IMG/VR virus record: IMGVR_UViG_3300033075_001228
Origin: a virus
Taxonomy: Duplodnaviria; Caudoviricetes
Reading direction: 5' to 3' (one strand)
Length of the DNA stretch: 64,000 nt
Shown: piece by piece, positions 18,768-28,597 of the stretch
Layout: each line of letters begins with the position of its first letter
How positions within the stretch are numbered: position 1 is the first letter of the stretch
The notes under the pieces: generated by a model
The model's input: only the letters and a program-made list of their open reading frames with translations
The model's database searches: none
What the model was told of the DNA's origin: nothing
Position numbers and translations under genes: made by a program

Positions 18768-21320
18768 ATGTCATTTTTCAAGGTAGGCCCAGGTGACGTA
18801 GAGTCGTTCACTGTTGTCACAAACCCAAGCAGGCATTTCACGTCGAGCTCTGTGGCTGGTTCAACAGGATCTGTGTACGTCTTCGCCAGGCGGTCGCACC
18901 TTGAAAAAGACGTTGCTCCTGTTTCTTCATACGTAGACTCCTTGCACATTGATGACGATTTTTCATCAATGTTACGAAGCCTGCAGCAGATGGGACGTTA
19001 TGCCCACGTCACTGGTTCGTCTGCTGCGTTTGTGCTGACTGCCAGCCGTGCGTTTCCAGGGATGATGCAGAGCTACCTTAACAAGGTCAATGCAAGCGAA
19101 ACGTCGCAGCGCAAGAGAAAGACGTTGGAGGTGTCAAGGACAACACCGACCGTTGATTTCTCGGCTGAGTCTGTCAAAAAGCTTGTCATAAAAGATCAGC
19201 TTTCACAATACTATCGCACAGTCTATCCATCTGCGCACTGGGGGTACACCAACTACAGCAGCTTGAATTTTTTCACTGCGTCGACCGTTCCTACGTCATC
19301 TTGCCTGCTGTACCCAAACGTTTCCGATGGCTTGGCGCACGATGGGTTTGTGACAGGAACGTACACCCCTAGCGGCGCTTTAAGCTTTGATTTCTACATC
19401 AAGCCATGCTACAGACCTGACCAGGTAGACGGCCAGTTTAAGGCAGGAACCATCTTTCATCTGTCGTCAACGTATGCATTGTCCTTGGTCACCGGGTCTG
19501 CGAAGGATGAAAACGGAAGGCCTCTAACATTTCGGTTGCAGCTTCAGCTGTCACACAGCGCTGATGTGCCACCGTCGATGCTACGCCCGAGCGGAAGCAA
19601 CCTCGCTAGCTTCGTCGTCGGCGGTGCTGCGACGGGAAGCCAACAGGGGTATGCGCCAGCGAACCTTGCATTTTTGTCCGACGACAACTCGTTGCTGTGG
19701 AACCGTTGGCACCATGTCGTTGTGCGATGGGGAACGTTAGCTGTCAACGAGGGAACAGGGTCGTTTAACATTGATGGCGTAGACCGTGGCGTCTTTGTGG
19801 TTCCTTCGTCGACTGTCGCCCCTCGGACCTTTCCAGCTGGCGGCCGCTCAAGCCCCGACGTCTTGGTCGTTGGCAACTACTTTGAGGGACTGAACTCTGG
19901 CACGGGATCGTTGTCATACTTCTTTGCGGCAGACCCTTCATCAAGGGAAGGCCTTGAAGAGATGGACGCAACCCCTAGCGTCAATGAGCCTAACCCTGCG
20001 CGTTACAGCTTCAACCACCCGTTGAACGCAGAGGTCCATGACCTTGCCATCAAACGTTACTACATGTCGGACTATGACCTTGAGACGTCATCGTCTGTCG
20101 GACCCAAGTCTATTGATAACGCAATAGCGTTTTATCTTCCACCATTCTTTGTTGATGAGTCGCCGTTTAGGCGTTCTGTGGCTGGCTTTGGCGGCATCCC
20201 ACAAACGCCTTTCTTTGCTGTCGACGGAACGACGAACGATCCTTTCAACGTTGCGCTCGCCTTCGGCGTCGCTGGTCATTACATCAATATTGAAAACTAC
20301 CTACGTGACTTTGGCTCAAACGTTTGGCCAAGGGCACACCACATGTCTGCAACAATCCTTAGCCAGACAGGCCAGGCTCGGACAGCGAACCAGTTTCTTT
20401 ACGATCAACCGTATGTCAGGCGAAGGAACCTTCTCATCCTTCCGTGCGATGACGGGCAGTTTGTGCCGAGCTACGAGCTGCTGGCATCAGAGAGCCTGAG
20501 GACGTCTGCTGTCGATGACCTTGGCAACGAGGACCTTAGCTTTGTGAACGTTGGCGCGTTGCTGCTCACAACGTCCCTATTGTTCTCGACAGATTTTGGC
20601 GGGGACAACTCGTTTGTGAACGAGTCGATCGGTTTTACGCCAGAAAATCCTGGGCTTCCGCCAGGGCGGGCGTTCAGTCAGTACGTTGCAAACCTTAACG
20701 AAGCAGTTGCGTCAGGAAGCTTTGATCCAGGGATCCAACAAGGCGCCGCCCTTGCGGTATTTCAACGTACTCGTGATCCGTCATCAAACCAGGTTACGTT
20801 TTTTGACATCAGTAACCTTTACTACGGCAAGCGGATCAAACCAGGGTCTGTTGAGCTTAGCGATCCCTCTTTGAGCGGCTCATCTGGAGCTGTCTCTGTG
20901 ACGTTGAAGGATGATGGTAGGGGTACGTTATACAGGGCAGACTGCTTTACCACTGCTTCCACGTGGAACTCTGTCGGGACTGTTTTCTATGATGAAGGCA
21001 TCATAGCCATCAAAAACCCACACCTCTATTTCTTTGGAAAGGAAGGGTTTGAGCTGACGTTAAAGGGCGAGCAAAACATTCACGTGATGACGGTCAGCGT
21101 CCTTGCTCCAGCAAACCACCTTAACTCTTCGTCAAACCCTAACTTCATGGTGGTGCCGCCTTCTGCGTCGCCAAACGATCCCGAGAGGGAGTTTGTATAC
21201 ATCACTGGCATCAATTTCCATGACGACAACCTTAATGTCATCATGAAAACCCAGCTTGCCCAGCCGATCGTAAAAAGACACGGCGATCGAATTCGTTTTC
21301 GAATCAAGTATGACTTCTAA
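18768..21320 (+). CDS. Virion protein with a LamG/concanavalin-like domain; paralog of the 17367 gene
   Basis: SFDFYIKP, RWHHVVVRW, FNIDG; C-terminal NSSSNPN..VYITGINFHDDNLNVIMKTQLAQPIVK..IKYDF. Confidence 0.65.
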   Translation: MSFFKVGPGDVESFTVVTNPSRHFTSSSVAGSTGSVYVFARRSHLEKDVAPVSSYVDSLHIDDDFSSMLRSLQQMGRYAHVTGSSAAFVLTASRAFPGMMQSYLNKVNASETSQRKRKTLEVSRTTPTVDFSAESVKKLVIKDQLSQYYRTVYPSAHWGYTNYSSLNFFTASTVPTSSCLLYPNVSDGLAHDGFVTGTYTPSGALSFDFYIKPCYRPDQVDGQFKAGTIFHLSSTYALSLVTGSAKDENGRPLTFRLQLQLSHSADVPPSMLRPSGSNLASFVVGGAATGSQQGYAPANLAFLSDDNSLLWNRWHHVVVRWGTLAVNEGTGSFNIDGVDRGVFVVPSSTVAPRTFPAGGRSSPDVLVVGNYFEGLNSGTGSLSYFFAADPSSREGLEEMDATPSVNEPNPARYSFNHPLNAEVHDLAIKRYYMSDYDLETSSSVGPKSIDNAIAFYLPPFFVDESPFRRSVAGFGGIPQTPFFAVDGTTNDPFNVALAFGVAGHYINIENYLRDFGSNVWPRAHHMSATILSQTGQARTANQFLYDQPYVRRRNLLILPCDDGQFVPSYELLASESLRTSAVDDLGNEDLSFVNVGALLLTTSLLFSTDFGGDNSFVNESIGFTPENPGLPPGRAFSQYVANLNEAVASGSFDPGIQQGAALAVFQRTRDPSSNQVTFFDISNLYYGKRIKPGSVELSDPSLSGSSGAVSVTLKDDGRGTLYRADCFTTASTWNSVGTVFYDEGIIAIKNPHLYFFGKEGFELTLKGEQNIHVMTVSVLAPANHLNSSSNPNFMVVPPSASPNDPEREFVYITGINFHDDNLNVIMKTQLAQPIVKRHGDRIRFRIKYDF

Positions 21321-21489
21321 TTTTGCTAAGGAATTTACGTAATGAAGTTAACGCGACCAGGGTTACGATTCAAACGTTAGCATTCCTAAAACACCAGTCA
21401 TTGGTACCAGGCAAATGTTGCTGTTTGATCCAAATCGACAAGTATTATCAATGAACGTTGTTGATCGGTGATGAAAGTGTTAGGTTAGT

Positions 21490-21885
21490 TTGGTTAAACG
21501 TCGTCGCAAACGTAAGGGACACTATCACACCGGAACGCATGAGTCTCCTAAGGCGGGTTCATGCAGGTACAGGTCTGGATGGGAGCTGTCTTACATGGTT
21601 CACTTAGACAACGATGAGTCTGTGAAATCATACCAGTACGAGGGCGTTTGCATCGAGTACGTCAGCAACAAGGGTTCAGGACGTACGCGAAAGTACTACC
21701 CAGACTTCCTTATCGAACATGTTGACGGTCGAAAACGTTTGGTAGAGATCAAACCAAAGAGAAGGGTCAGCCAAGCAAACGTTCAGAAGAAGCTGGCAGC
21801 CGCTGAAGCCTGGTCTGGCGAACACGGAGTGACCCTGGAAGTAGTCACTGAGGTTGAGCTTAGGGTAATGGGGTTGCTGAAGTAA
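21490..21885 (+). CDS. T4 gp4-like head-completion / TnsA-N-type PD-(D/E)xK nuclease
   Basis: YRSGWE, YYPDF, LVEIKP. Confidence 0.8.
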   Translation: MVKRRRKRKGHYHTGTHESPKAGSCRYRSGWELSYMVHLDNDESVKSYQYEGVCIEYVSNKGSGRTRKYYPDFLIEHVDGRKRLVEIKPKRRVSQANVQKKLAAAEAWSGEHGVTLEVVTEVELRVMGLLK

Positions 21886-21888
21886 AGT

Positions 21889-21917
21889 TTTACTAGGGTC
21901 ATCCTGGGTGCTATAGT
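21889..21917 (+). promoter_or_regulatory. Sigma-70-like promoter
   Basis: TTTACT-N17-TATAGT with TG extension, 5 nt before the resolvase GTG. Confidence 0.55.
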
Positions 21918-21922
21918 TCACG

Positions 21923-22537
21923 GTGTCGTTGATCATTGGTTTTGACGTAAGCACGTCTGTTGTCGGCGTCTGCGTGGTTGAGTCATCAAGAAAGTTAGAC
22001 AACGTCGGGTCGCACATCATCAAGCTTGACAGGATCGAGTTTAAGGGATGCAAGACGCTGTGGGACAAGGCAGACGCCGTTAGGTCGTATCTTTCAACGA
22101 TGCATAACGGCGGTACGTTAGGCGGGTATTCCGACAGCGTTAGGATCGTTCTAGAGGAACCATTGATGGGGTTTAGGACAGGAATGTCATCCGCGCAGAC
22201 GATCACAACGTTGATGCGTTTCAACGGGATCGTTAGCTACATCGCCAGGGACATCTTCAGGTCAGAGCCTGAGTACGTCAGCGCCGCCCACGCCAGGAAG
22301 CTGTGCGGCATCAAGCTGGTGAAGACTGCCATCGGCGGCCCACAAAAGGAACAGGTCTTTAGGCACATGACAGCAAACGACCTGTCACATGTCTCATGGC
22401 CAGCAAAAAAGAACGGTGAACCGGTCGATTGGTCTAAGGACGCATGTGATGCATATGTCATCGCTAGGGCTGCCCAGGTGAACGGTCCGTTTGTTGTAAC
22501 CAAAAAGAAAAAGAAGCCTAAACCATCTCACGATTGA
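21923..22537 (+). CDS. RuvC-like Holliday junction resolvase
   Basis: IIGFDVSTSVVG, VLEEP, KEQV, DACDAYVIA. Confidence 0.8.
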   Translation: MSLIIGFDVSTSVVGVCVVESSRKLDNVGSHIIKLDRIEFKGCKTLWDKADAVRSYLSTMHNGGTLGGYSDSVRIVLEEPLMGFRTGMSSAQTITTLMRFNGIVSYIARDIFRSEPEYVSAAHARKLCGIKLVKTAIGGPQKEQVFRHMTANDLSHVSWPAKKNGEPVDWSKDACDAYVIARAAQVNGPFVVTKKKKKPKPSHD

Positions 22538-22559
22538 GTGGTTACGATGGCCACACAAG

Positions 22560-23543
22560 GTGGCTGTCACAACTGTTTCAGACAAGATTGCGTTCATTGA
22601 GTCAGTCTTTGGCACTTGCAAGGTTGCCAGAAACAGCAAGAACGTAGAGGTCAGGTGCCCTGTATGCGCGCCTCGAGACCCGACAAAGAAAAAGCTTGCG
22701 ATACGCGTAGATGATGACAGGAATCATTGCTGGACGTGTGGCTGGCGTGCACACACGTTGGCGCCGTTGCTGAGAAAGTTCAGCTCGCCTGACAAGCTGA
22801 ACGAGTATCGAGCCAGGTTCATGTCTGATGATGAACGTAAGCGTTCGTTTAGGCTAGACGACAAGGAAGCTGAAAAAAAGCTGACGCTGCCGGGAGACTT
22901 TAGGATGCTAGCTCCTGGCTCGTGGGACCCAGACTCGTTAGCTGCGTATCGTTACCTGGTTGACAGGGGGCTTTCGTCGCGTGACATGTGGTTTTTTAAG
23001 GTGGGTGTCTCAGACGATCGAAGGTGGCATCGCCGCGTGATCGTGCCGTCGTTTGACAAAAACGGAGAGCTAAACTACTTTGTTGCTAGGGCGATTGACA
23101 GGCTGCGAAAGCCAAAGTACGACAATCCAGATCACGACAAACTCCCAGTCATCTTTAACGAGATCCACGTTGATTGGACCAAACGTTTGGTGATTTGCGA
23201 AGGGGTTTTTGACATGTTTAAGTGTGGCGACAACGTGGTGCCGCTGCTTGGCTCAGACCTTAACGAAAGATCTGCGTTGTTTAACTCGATTCTTGTCAAC
23301 GGCACGCCTGTGGCTGTGGCGCTTGACAGTGACATGTGGGAAACAAAAACGTTGCGCGCAGCAAAAAAGTTGGCTGAGTATGACATCGACGTAACGATCG
23401 TTGACACTAGGCAGTTTGGAGACCCTGGCTCAACGACCAAAGAGCAGTTTCAAATTGCTCTCTCTGGGGCCAAGGGCTTTGACTGGCGTTCGACCGTGCA
23501 GACGCGTTTGGGTCGTTCTTCACGTATCTCGTTGTCAATTTGA
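22560..23543 (+). CDS. DNA primase (Zn finger + TOPRIM)
   Basis: CPVC...HCWTC, RVIVPSF, YFVAR, KYDNP, ICEGVFD, ALDSD. Confidence 0.88.
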   Translation: MAVTTVSDKIAFIESVFGTCKVARNSKNVEVRCPVCAPRDPTKKKLAIRVDDDRNHCWTCGWRAHTLAPLLRKFSSPDKLNEYRARFMSDDERKRSFRLDDKEAEKKLTLPGDFRMLAPGSWDPDSLAAYRYLVDRGLSSRDMWFFKVGVSDDRRWHRRVIVPSFDKNGELNYFVARAIDRLRKPKYDNPDHDKLPVIFNEIHVDWTKRLVICEGVFDMFKCGDNVVPLLGSDLNERSALFNSILVNGTPVAVALDSDMWETKTLRAAKKLAEYDIDVTIVDTRQFGDPGSTTKEQFQIALSGAKGFDWRSTVQTRLGRSSRISLSI

Positions 23544-23612
23544 CTTGCTGCTTCGAGGGGCTCTAGCGACTTACGCTGCTATTTATCGCTCGAACACTTA
23601 GAGGTACAAGTA

Positions 23613-24617
23613 ATGAAGAAGCGAACGTCCATGCGTCCAAGCATCTCAGAAGCCAGGCTTCGAAAGATAGTGTACGAAGAGCTAGTGAGGGCTCAACTTG
23701 TCAACGAAGGGCTATGGGATGACGTTAAGGATGGTGCTCGTAAGCTATCAGCGTATGTAAGCAAGCAGTTTCAACAGGTTGCTGCAAAGTGGGCAAAGGC
23801 GATCACCGAACGGCTTGGCAAGATTGGAGAGATTCCAAACGAAGCTAAACAGATTTTGCAGGTTGTAAAGCAAGCCATGGCAGAGACCGGTGAATCGTTC
23901 AAGCTTGATGCTGGTCTAAAGGCTGCACAAGAGCTTGGAAAGTTGGGCTCTGATGGCGCGTTAGCAGTCGTGCAGCAGGACCTTGAGGGTCCCGTGCACG
24001 AAAAGGCAAAGAACGCCCAGGTCAAAGGTGAAGGGAAATACCTTCCAGGGATCTACGCTGTGTTGGCTGAAAACAGCTACGCAGCTCAGATGCCAAAGGA
24101 AAAAATCAATGAAGATCTCGGCGTAACAACCGTCTTGGGCGTAAGCCTTGCCATCATGGGAGGTCTTCCTATGTTGTTTAAGGGCTTGGAGAAATTGGCA
24201 CATGCGTTGGGCGCATCAGGAGCAGCTGCGCTTTTTGAAAAGGCTGAGCACGTGACGCATAGCTTTGAGCAGAAAACAGTTGACTTTGTGATGCCGTTTA
24301 AGCTAGCATATGCAGTGTACCTTGGCCTTTGGAAGATGGGCATCAAGCTGACGAAGGGCGAAGAGCCCCTGAATGAACTGGAGATTAAAGCCGAAGACGA
24401 AGGCAAGAAGGCCATGGCCCAGTGCAAAGGCTTGGTCTACAAGGTTCTGCTTATCTACTTTGCAATCCAGGGAATTGCTGGCGTTTTGAAGGCGGGAGCG
24501 TCGTTGCTCGGGTTTGTCGAGGGCACAGCCACCACCGTCAAGGGCATTGAGCTTGCCAGAGGAGCCGAGGAGATCGTGAAGCTTGTTAGGGCTGGCTCTG
24601 GCGGCATGGCTGTCTAA
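23613..24617 (+). CDS. Hypothetical protein with putative capsid-targeting leader and hydrophobic segments
   Basis: ISEARLRKIVYEEL..LVNE|G; hydrophobic stretches in the C-half; late-promoter motif upstream. Confidence 0.7.
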   Translation: MKKRTSMRPSISEARLRKIVYEELVRAQLVNEGLWDDVKDGARKLSAYVSKQFQQVAAKWAKAITERLGKIGEIPNEAKQILQVVKQAMAETGESFKLDAGLKAAQELGKLGSDGALAVVQQDLEGPVHEKAKNAQVKGEGKYLPGIYAVLAENSYAAQMPKEKINEDLGVTTVLGVSLAIMGGLPMLFKGLEKLAHALGASGAAALFEKAEHVTHSFEQKTVDFVMPFKLAYAVYLGLWKMGIKLTKGEEPLNELEIKAEDEGKKAMAQCKGLVYKVLLIYFAIQGIAGVLKAGASLLGFVEGTATTVKGIELARGAEEIVKLVRAGSGGMAV

Positions 24618-24653
24618 CGCTATCTCATGTGCGATAGAAACGTTTAAGCAGCT

Positions 24654-24682
24654 TAAACAGCATCGGTACGGTGCAGTACACT
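24654..24682 (+). promoter_or_regulatory. Sigma-70-like promoter
   Basis: TAAACA-N17-TACACT upstream of the nuclease gene. Confidence 0.5.
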
Positions 24683-24695
24683 GTTACAGTAGCCA

Positions 24696-25355
24696 GTGTT
24701 GAAAATCGCTCATATTGCTGACGTTCATTTTAGGGGTCTTAGCAGGCACAACGAGTACGTTCAGGTCTTTACCTCTTTTGCTTCGCAGGTAAAGAACCAA
24801 GGCATACAACACGTTTTTGTTGGGGGCGACATCTTTCACACAAAGACAACTGGTCTAAGCCCAGAATACATCGAGATCATGTCTTGGTGGCTGACGACCC
24901 TTTCAAAGGACGCCGAGCTGCACCTAACGTTAGGAAACCATGACGGTAACCTTGTCAACCTTGGAAGACAGGACGCTGTCACACCAATCGTGAAAGCGCT
25001 TAACAACCCACGTGTGCATCTCTACAAGGAGAGCGGCGTATACGAGTTTTCACCCGGATTCAACTGGTGTGTCTTTAGCCTGTTTGACGAGGAAGGCTGG
25101 TCTCGTGTCAAGCCAGTTCCAGGGAAAGTGAACATAGCTTGCTATCATGGGCCTGTGTTTGGTGCCCACACTGAATCAAATTGGTTGATCGAGGAAGGGT
25201 TGACCATTGAGCACTTTAAGGAGTATGACTTTGCTTTTCTAGGTGATATTCATCGTCTTCAGTTCCTTGATTACAGGGAGATAGAGCTAGTCATTGATGA
25301 AAATGACTTAGGCAGGTACCCAGGAGCAGTCGTTGTCCAAGAGGGAAGCGTTTAA
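24696..25355 (+). CDS. SbcD/Mre11/gp47-like nuclease, N-terminal part of a split gene
   Basis: HIADVH, GGDIFH, GNHD, CYHG, LGDIH; the following YPGS motif is absent. Confidence 0.88.
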   Translation: MLKIAHIADVHFRGLSRHNEYVQVFTSFASQVKNQGIQHVFVGGDIFHTKTTGLSPEYIEIMSWWLTTLSKDAELHLTLGNHDGNLVNLGRQDAVTPIVKALNNPRVHLYKESGVYEFSPGFNWCVFSLFDEEGWSRVKPVPGKVNIACYHGPVFGAHTESNWLIEEGLTIEHFKEYDFAFLGDIHRLQFLDYREIELVIDENDLGRYPGAVVVQEGSV

Positions 25356-25356
25356 C

Positions 25357-25668
25357 ATGGGTTGGCCGCAGTGCAGTATGGAAGGTTGTGACAACTGGCC
25401 TTCTGTTGGATACACGGGTGTTTGTTGTGAATGCATCAAAGATCCGAAGAAGGTAGAAAAAGCTGCGAATCAAATGGCTAAGAACGTTGCAGCCTGCACA
25501 AAGATAGAGCGAGAAGACCACATTCTTGTTTGTTGGTTAAGCAGGGAGCCACAAAAGTGCCTAGAGATGGTGCTGGAAGTTGTTCGCTCTGGAGAAACAG
25601 ACGTAAGAAAAGCAATGGATGTTGCGTGTCTTCAGTATTGGAGAACAATCAACACGGTGAAGCCTTGA
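25357..25668 (+). CDS. Cys-rich hypothetical protein inserted between the halves of the nuclease gene
   Basis: ATG 1 nt after the upstream TAA; CSMEGC..CCEC; TGA overlaps the downstream TTG. Confidence 0.7.
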   Translation: MGWPQCSMEGCDNWPSVGYTGVCCECIKDPKKVEKAANQMAKNVAACTKIEREDHILVCWLSREPQKCLEMVLEVVRSGETDVRKAMDVACLQYWRTINTVKP

Positions 25669-28241
25669 GCAAGAAAATTCGTATTCGTCTTAAGAGGGGT
25701 TGGATTGCTTACCCAGGCAGCACGGTTCAGCAAAACTATGCCGAAGACCAGGTGCATGGGTTTTTGACCTGGTCGATCAACTCTCGTAACGACTTTGACG
25801 TTAAGTTTTGTGAGCTTCCAAATCCGTGCCCGTTTGTGACGGTTCCGTGGGTAAGCAACGTTGATGCAACCCTTGACAATGTCAAGAAAACGTGTCCTCC
25901 AGGCGGAAGGTTTCGCGTCTACAGCACCGACCATATCTCGCAGCGAGAAATGATCGACTTGTCCTCTCGTTTGAAAGAAACGATGCAGGCTGTCGAGGTG
26001 ACATACAAGTCTGACAAACAGGTTAACCATGACGTTGTGGTTGCTGGCGCGACAACCCTAGCGAAGGGCGACCTTCGAAACACAGACGTGTTGGTCAAGC
26101 TGCTAAAAGAGCACAACGATTCAACAGCTGATGAATCAACGTGGGCAACAGTACAGGACTTGGTCAAGGGCTACGTGTCACGCTGCAGCCTTGATGATTC
26201 TGCCAGAAACACAACATGGTCTCTGCGACACCTCAAGTTTGACAACACGTTGGCATACGGAGAAGGCAACGTCATCAATTTTGAGAAGCTTAATGGCATC
26301 GTCGGCATCTTCGGTCCAAATCGTTCAGGCAAGTCGTCAATCGTTGGCACGATTATGTACGGGTTGTTTAACGGAACAGACAGAGGCTCGATCAAAAATC
26401 TACACGTGATCAACACTCGGAAACCGTACTGCTATTCACGAGCTGTCATCAACGTAAACGGCGTTGACTATGTGATTGAAAGGCAAACGGTGAAGATCGA
26501 GAACAAGCGCGGGCAGTTAAACTCTAGCACGGCGCTAAACGTTTTTCGAATGGAAAACGGTGAAGCGGTCGACCTTGCAGGCGAGCAGCGTCTTGACACC
26601 GAAAAGGTGATCAGAAAGTTGATTGGTAACGCAGATGACTTTTTGCTGACGTCGCTGTCAGCGCAGGACGAAATCAAGCTTTTCATCTCACACGGTTCAA
26701 CAAAACGAAAACAGATCCTCTCGCGTTTTCTGGACCTCGACGTCTTTGACCAGATGTATGACCTCGTAAAGAACGATCTCAACGTAACGAAGGCGGAGCT
26801 AAGGGTCTTGCCAGACCGCGACTGGGCCGCTGCTGACGCTGACGCACGTGAAAAGATCACGCTTTGTGACAACGAGATTGCGAAGAAAAATGCACAGGTG
26901 ATAGATGTTAACGACAGGCTGTCGACGTTAAAAAGGAAGGCTGAACAGCACCAAGGCTTTGCTGCTGTCACCCCAGAGCAGCTTGAAGCCCAGCGTTCTG
27001 TTGTCAAGGGTCTTGACAGCCAGGTAAACAATACGCTAAAGCAGCTTGCGGCTTGTGAAGAGAAGCTGGCTTCCCTTGTTGCTAAGTCACAAAAGATTGA
27101 AGGTCTTCAGAAAGAGTATGACGTTGATGATCTTAAGCGACGATTTGTGGCGTTTAGGGAGCTCGAGATGTCTGTCATTGCGCTTAGGCATGCCCATGAG
27201 CGTGAACAGGCTGAGCTTTTGCAACAGGAACGTTCGTTAAAGATCCTAGATGAAGTTCCGTGTGGTGACAGCTTTCCAACGTGCAAGTTTATCAAGAACG
27301 CACACCAGTCAAAGGGAAAGGTTGAACCGCAAAAGAAGAGGCTTGAAGAGGCGCAGGAAAATCTGCGTGCAGCAGAGGAAGCCTTAACAACGCTTAAGGA
27401 AGAAAACCTCGCAGAAAAGATAGAAAAGGCTGAGCTGCATGCTGGCGTTTATTTACGCCTTCAGATGGAGATTTCGCAAGTACGACTTGAGTTGGTAAAG
27501 CTGGACGCAAGCGCCAAGGACCTAAACGCGCAGCGTGTTCCTGCAAGACGCCAGCTAGAGATGCTTGAGCTCGCTGCCAAGAACTCTGAGAACGTAGAGC
27601 TTGTTGCGTTGAAGGCTGAGATCGATTCATTGCAAAATGACCTTAAGCGCCTTGATAGCGAAAAGCTGAATTTCGCCTCAGAACGAGGCAGAATTCAAGT
27701 TGTCCTTGACAGGCACACCCAAGAGCGCCAGCTTCGGGCTAAGACTGTCAGCAAGATGCAGGCGTTTGAGATGATTGCGTCATCCTTTTCAAGGAAAGGG
27801 ATACCTAGCGTGATCATCAGGTCTCAGCTTCCGGTCATCAACGCGGAGATAGCCAGGATCCTTAACGGCATGTTTGATTTTACCGTTGAGCTGGAAAATG
27901 ATGATGAGTCTGACGCCACAGAGGTTTACATCAACTACGGCGACAGCCGTCGCATCATTGAGCTCGGCTCTGGCATGGAAAAGATGGTTGCGTCAGTTGC
28001 CATTCGGGCTGCGTTGATCAACGTTTCATCGTTGCCAAAGACAAACATGTTCATCATTGATGAAGGATTTGGCGCACTTGACGACAGCGGCGTTGAGGCC
28101 TGTAACCGCCTGTTGGCTGCGTTGAAGCGGTATTTTAAGGCAGTCATTGTCATCACGCATGTTGAAGGCGTTAAAGACGCGGCAGACCTTGTGGTTGAGG
28201 TGACAAAGAACGAAAAGGACGCAAAGGTGACATATGTCTGA
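25665..28241 (+). CDS. C-terminal part of the SbcD nuclease fused to an SbcC/Rad50/gp46 ATPase
   Basis: WIAYPGSTVQQNYAE; Walker A GPNRSGKSS; coiled coils; SGMEK signature; IIDEGFGALD; ITH; TTG 25665 overlaps the upstream TGA (track start 25530). Confidence 0.88.
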   Translation: MSKKIRIRLKRGWIAYPGSTVQQNYAEDQVHGFLTWSINSRNDFDVKFCELPNPCPFVTVPWVSNVDATLDNVKKTCPPGGRFRVYSTDHISQREMIDLSSRLKETMQAVEVTYKSDKQVNHDVVVAGATTLAKGDLRNTDVLVKLLKEHNDSTADESTWATVQDLVKGYVSRCSLDDSARNTTWSLRHLKFDNTLAYGEGNVINFEKLNGIVGIFGPNRSGKSSIVGTIMYGLFNGTDRGSIKNLHVINTRKPYCYSRAVINVNGVDYVIERQTVKIENKRGQLNSSTALNVFRMENGEAVDLAGEQRLDTEKVIRKLIGNADDFLLTSLSAQDEIKLFISHGSTKRKQILSRFLDLDVFDQMYDLVKNDLNVTKAELRVLPDRDWAAADADAREKITLCDNEIAKKNAQVIDVNDRLSTLKRKAEQHQGFAAVTPEQLEAQRSVVKGLDSQVNNTLKQLAACEEKLASLVAKSQKIEGLQKEYDVDDLKRRFVAFRELEMSVIALRHAHEREQAELLQQERSLKILDEVPCGDSFPTCKFIKNAHQSKGKVEPQKKRLEEAQENLRAAEEALTTLKEENLAEKIEKAELHAGVYLRLQMEISQVRLELVKLDASAKDLNAQRVPARRQLEMLELAAKNSENVELVALKAEIDSLQNDLKRLDSEKLNFASERGRIQVVLDRHTQERQLRAKTVSKMQAFEMIASSFSRKGIPSVIIRSQLPVINAEIARILNGMFDFTVELENDDESDATEVYINYGDSRRIIELGSGMEKMVASVAIRAALINVSSLPKTNMFIIDEGFGALDDSGVEACNRLLAALKRYFKAVIVITHVEGVKDAADLVVEVTKNEKDAKVTYV

Positions 28242-28542
28242 GTGGCGTCCCTACTTACGCTCGCGGCTAATTTGTGAAATGCCGTCAGGCTTTTTTGTCA
28301 TCAAGCCTGACAATGTTGAGCATTCGTTGCCGTTAGGTTGCCCAGTCTGCGACAGGCTGTACAGGTCACAAGACGATGAAGCTTCTCATCGAGAGTTTTC
28401 GTGTTGCTATCTGTGCGCCCTCCAGTGGGCTCACCCTCGTCGGAAAGAGTGGCTTGCTGGTTGGAGGCCTTCTAGCGATGACGTAAAAGCTGTCGTTGCA
28501 AACAGGCCGATGATGTCAGTCATAATTGACGTAGGCAAATAA
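28234..28542 (+). CDS. Hypothetical protein with Zn-finger-like motifs
   Basis: CPVC ... CCYLC; overlaps the upstream gene. Confidence 0.65.
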   Translation: MSEWRPYLRSRLICEMPSGFFVIKPDNVEHSLPLGCPVCDRLYRSQDDEASHREFSCCYLCALQWAHPRRKEWLAGWRPSSDDVKAVVANRPMMSVIIDVGK

Positions 28543-28597
28543 ATGCATTTTTGACAGTCAGACGTCCGCGACCTAGTTAAGATATAACGAGGTTGTG

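Noticed and set aside
25530-25664. N-terminal 45 aa of the 903-aa track ORF
   Set aside because: It overlaps the Cys-rich gene; TTG 25665 coupled to that gene's stop is the better start
25291-25710. Split intein joining the nuclease halves
   Set aside because: No Cys/Ser-start block A and no HN-C/S/T end on either fragment
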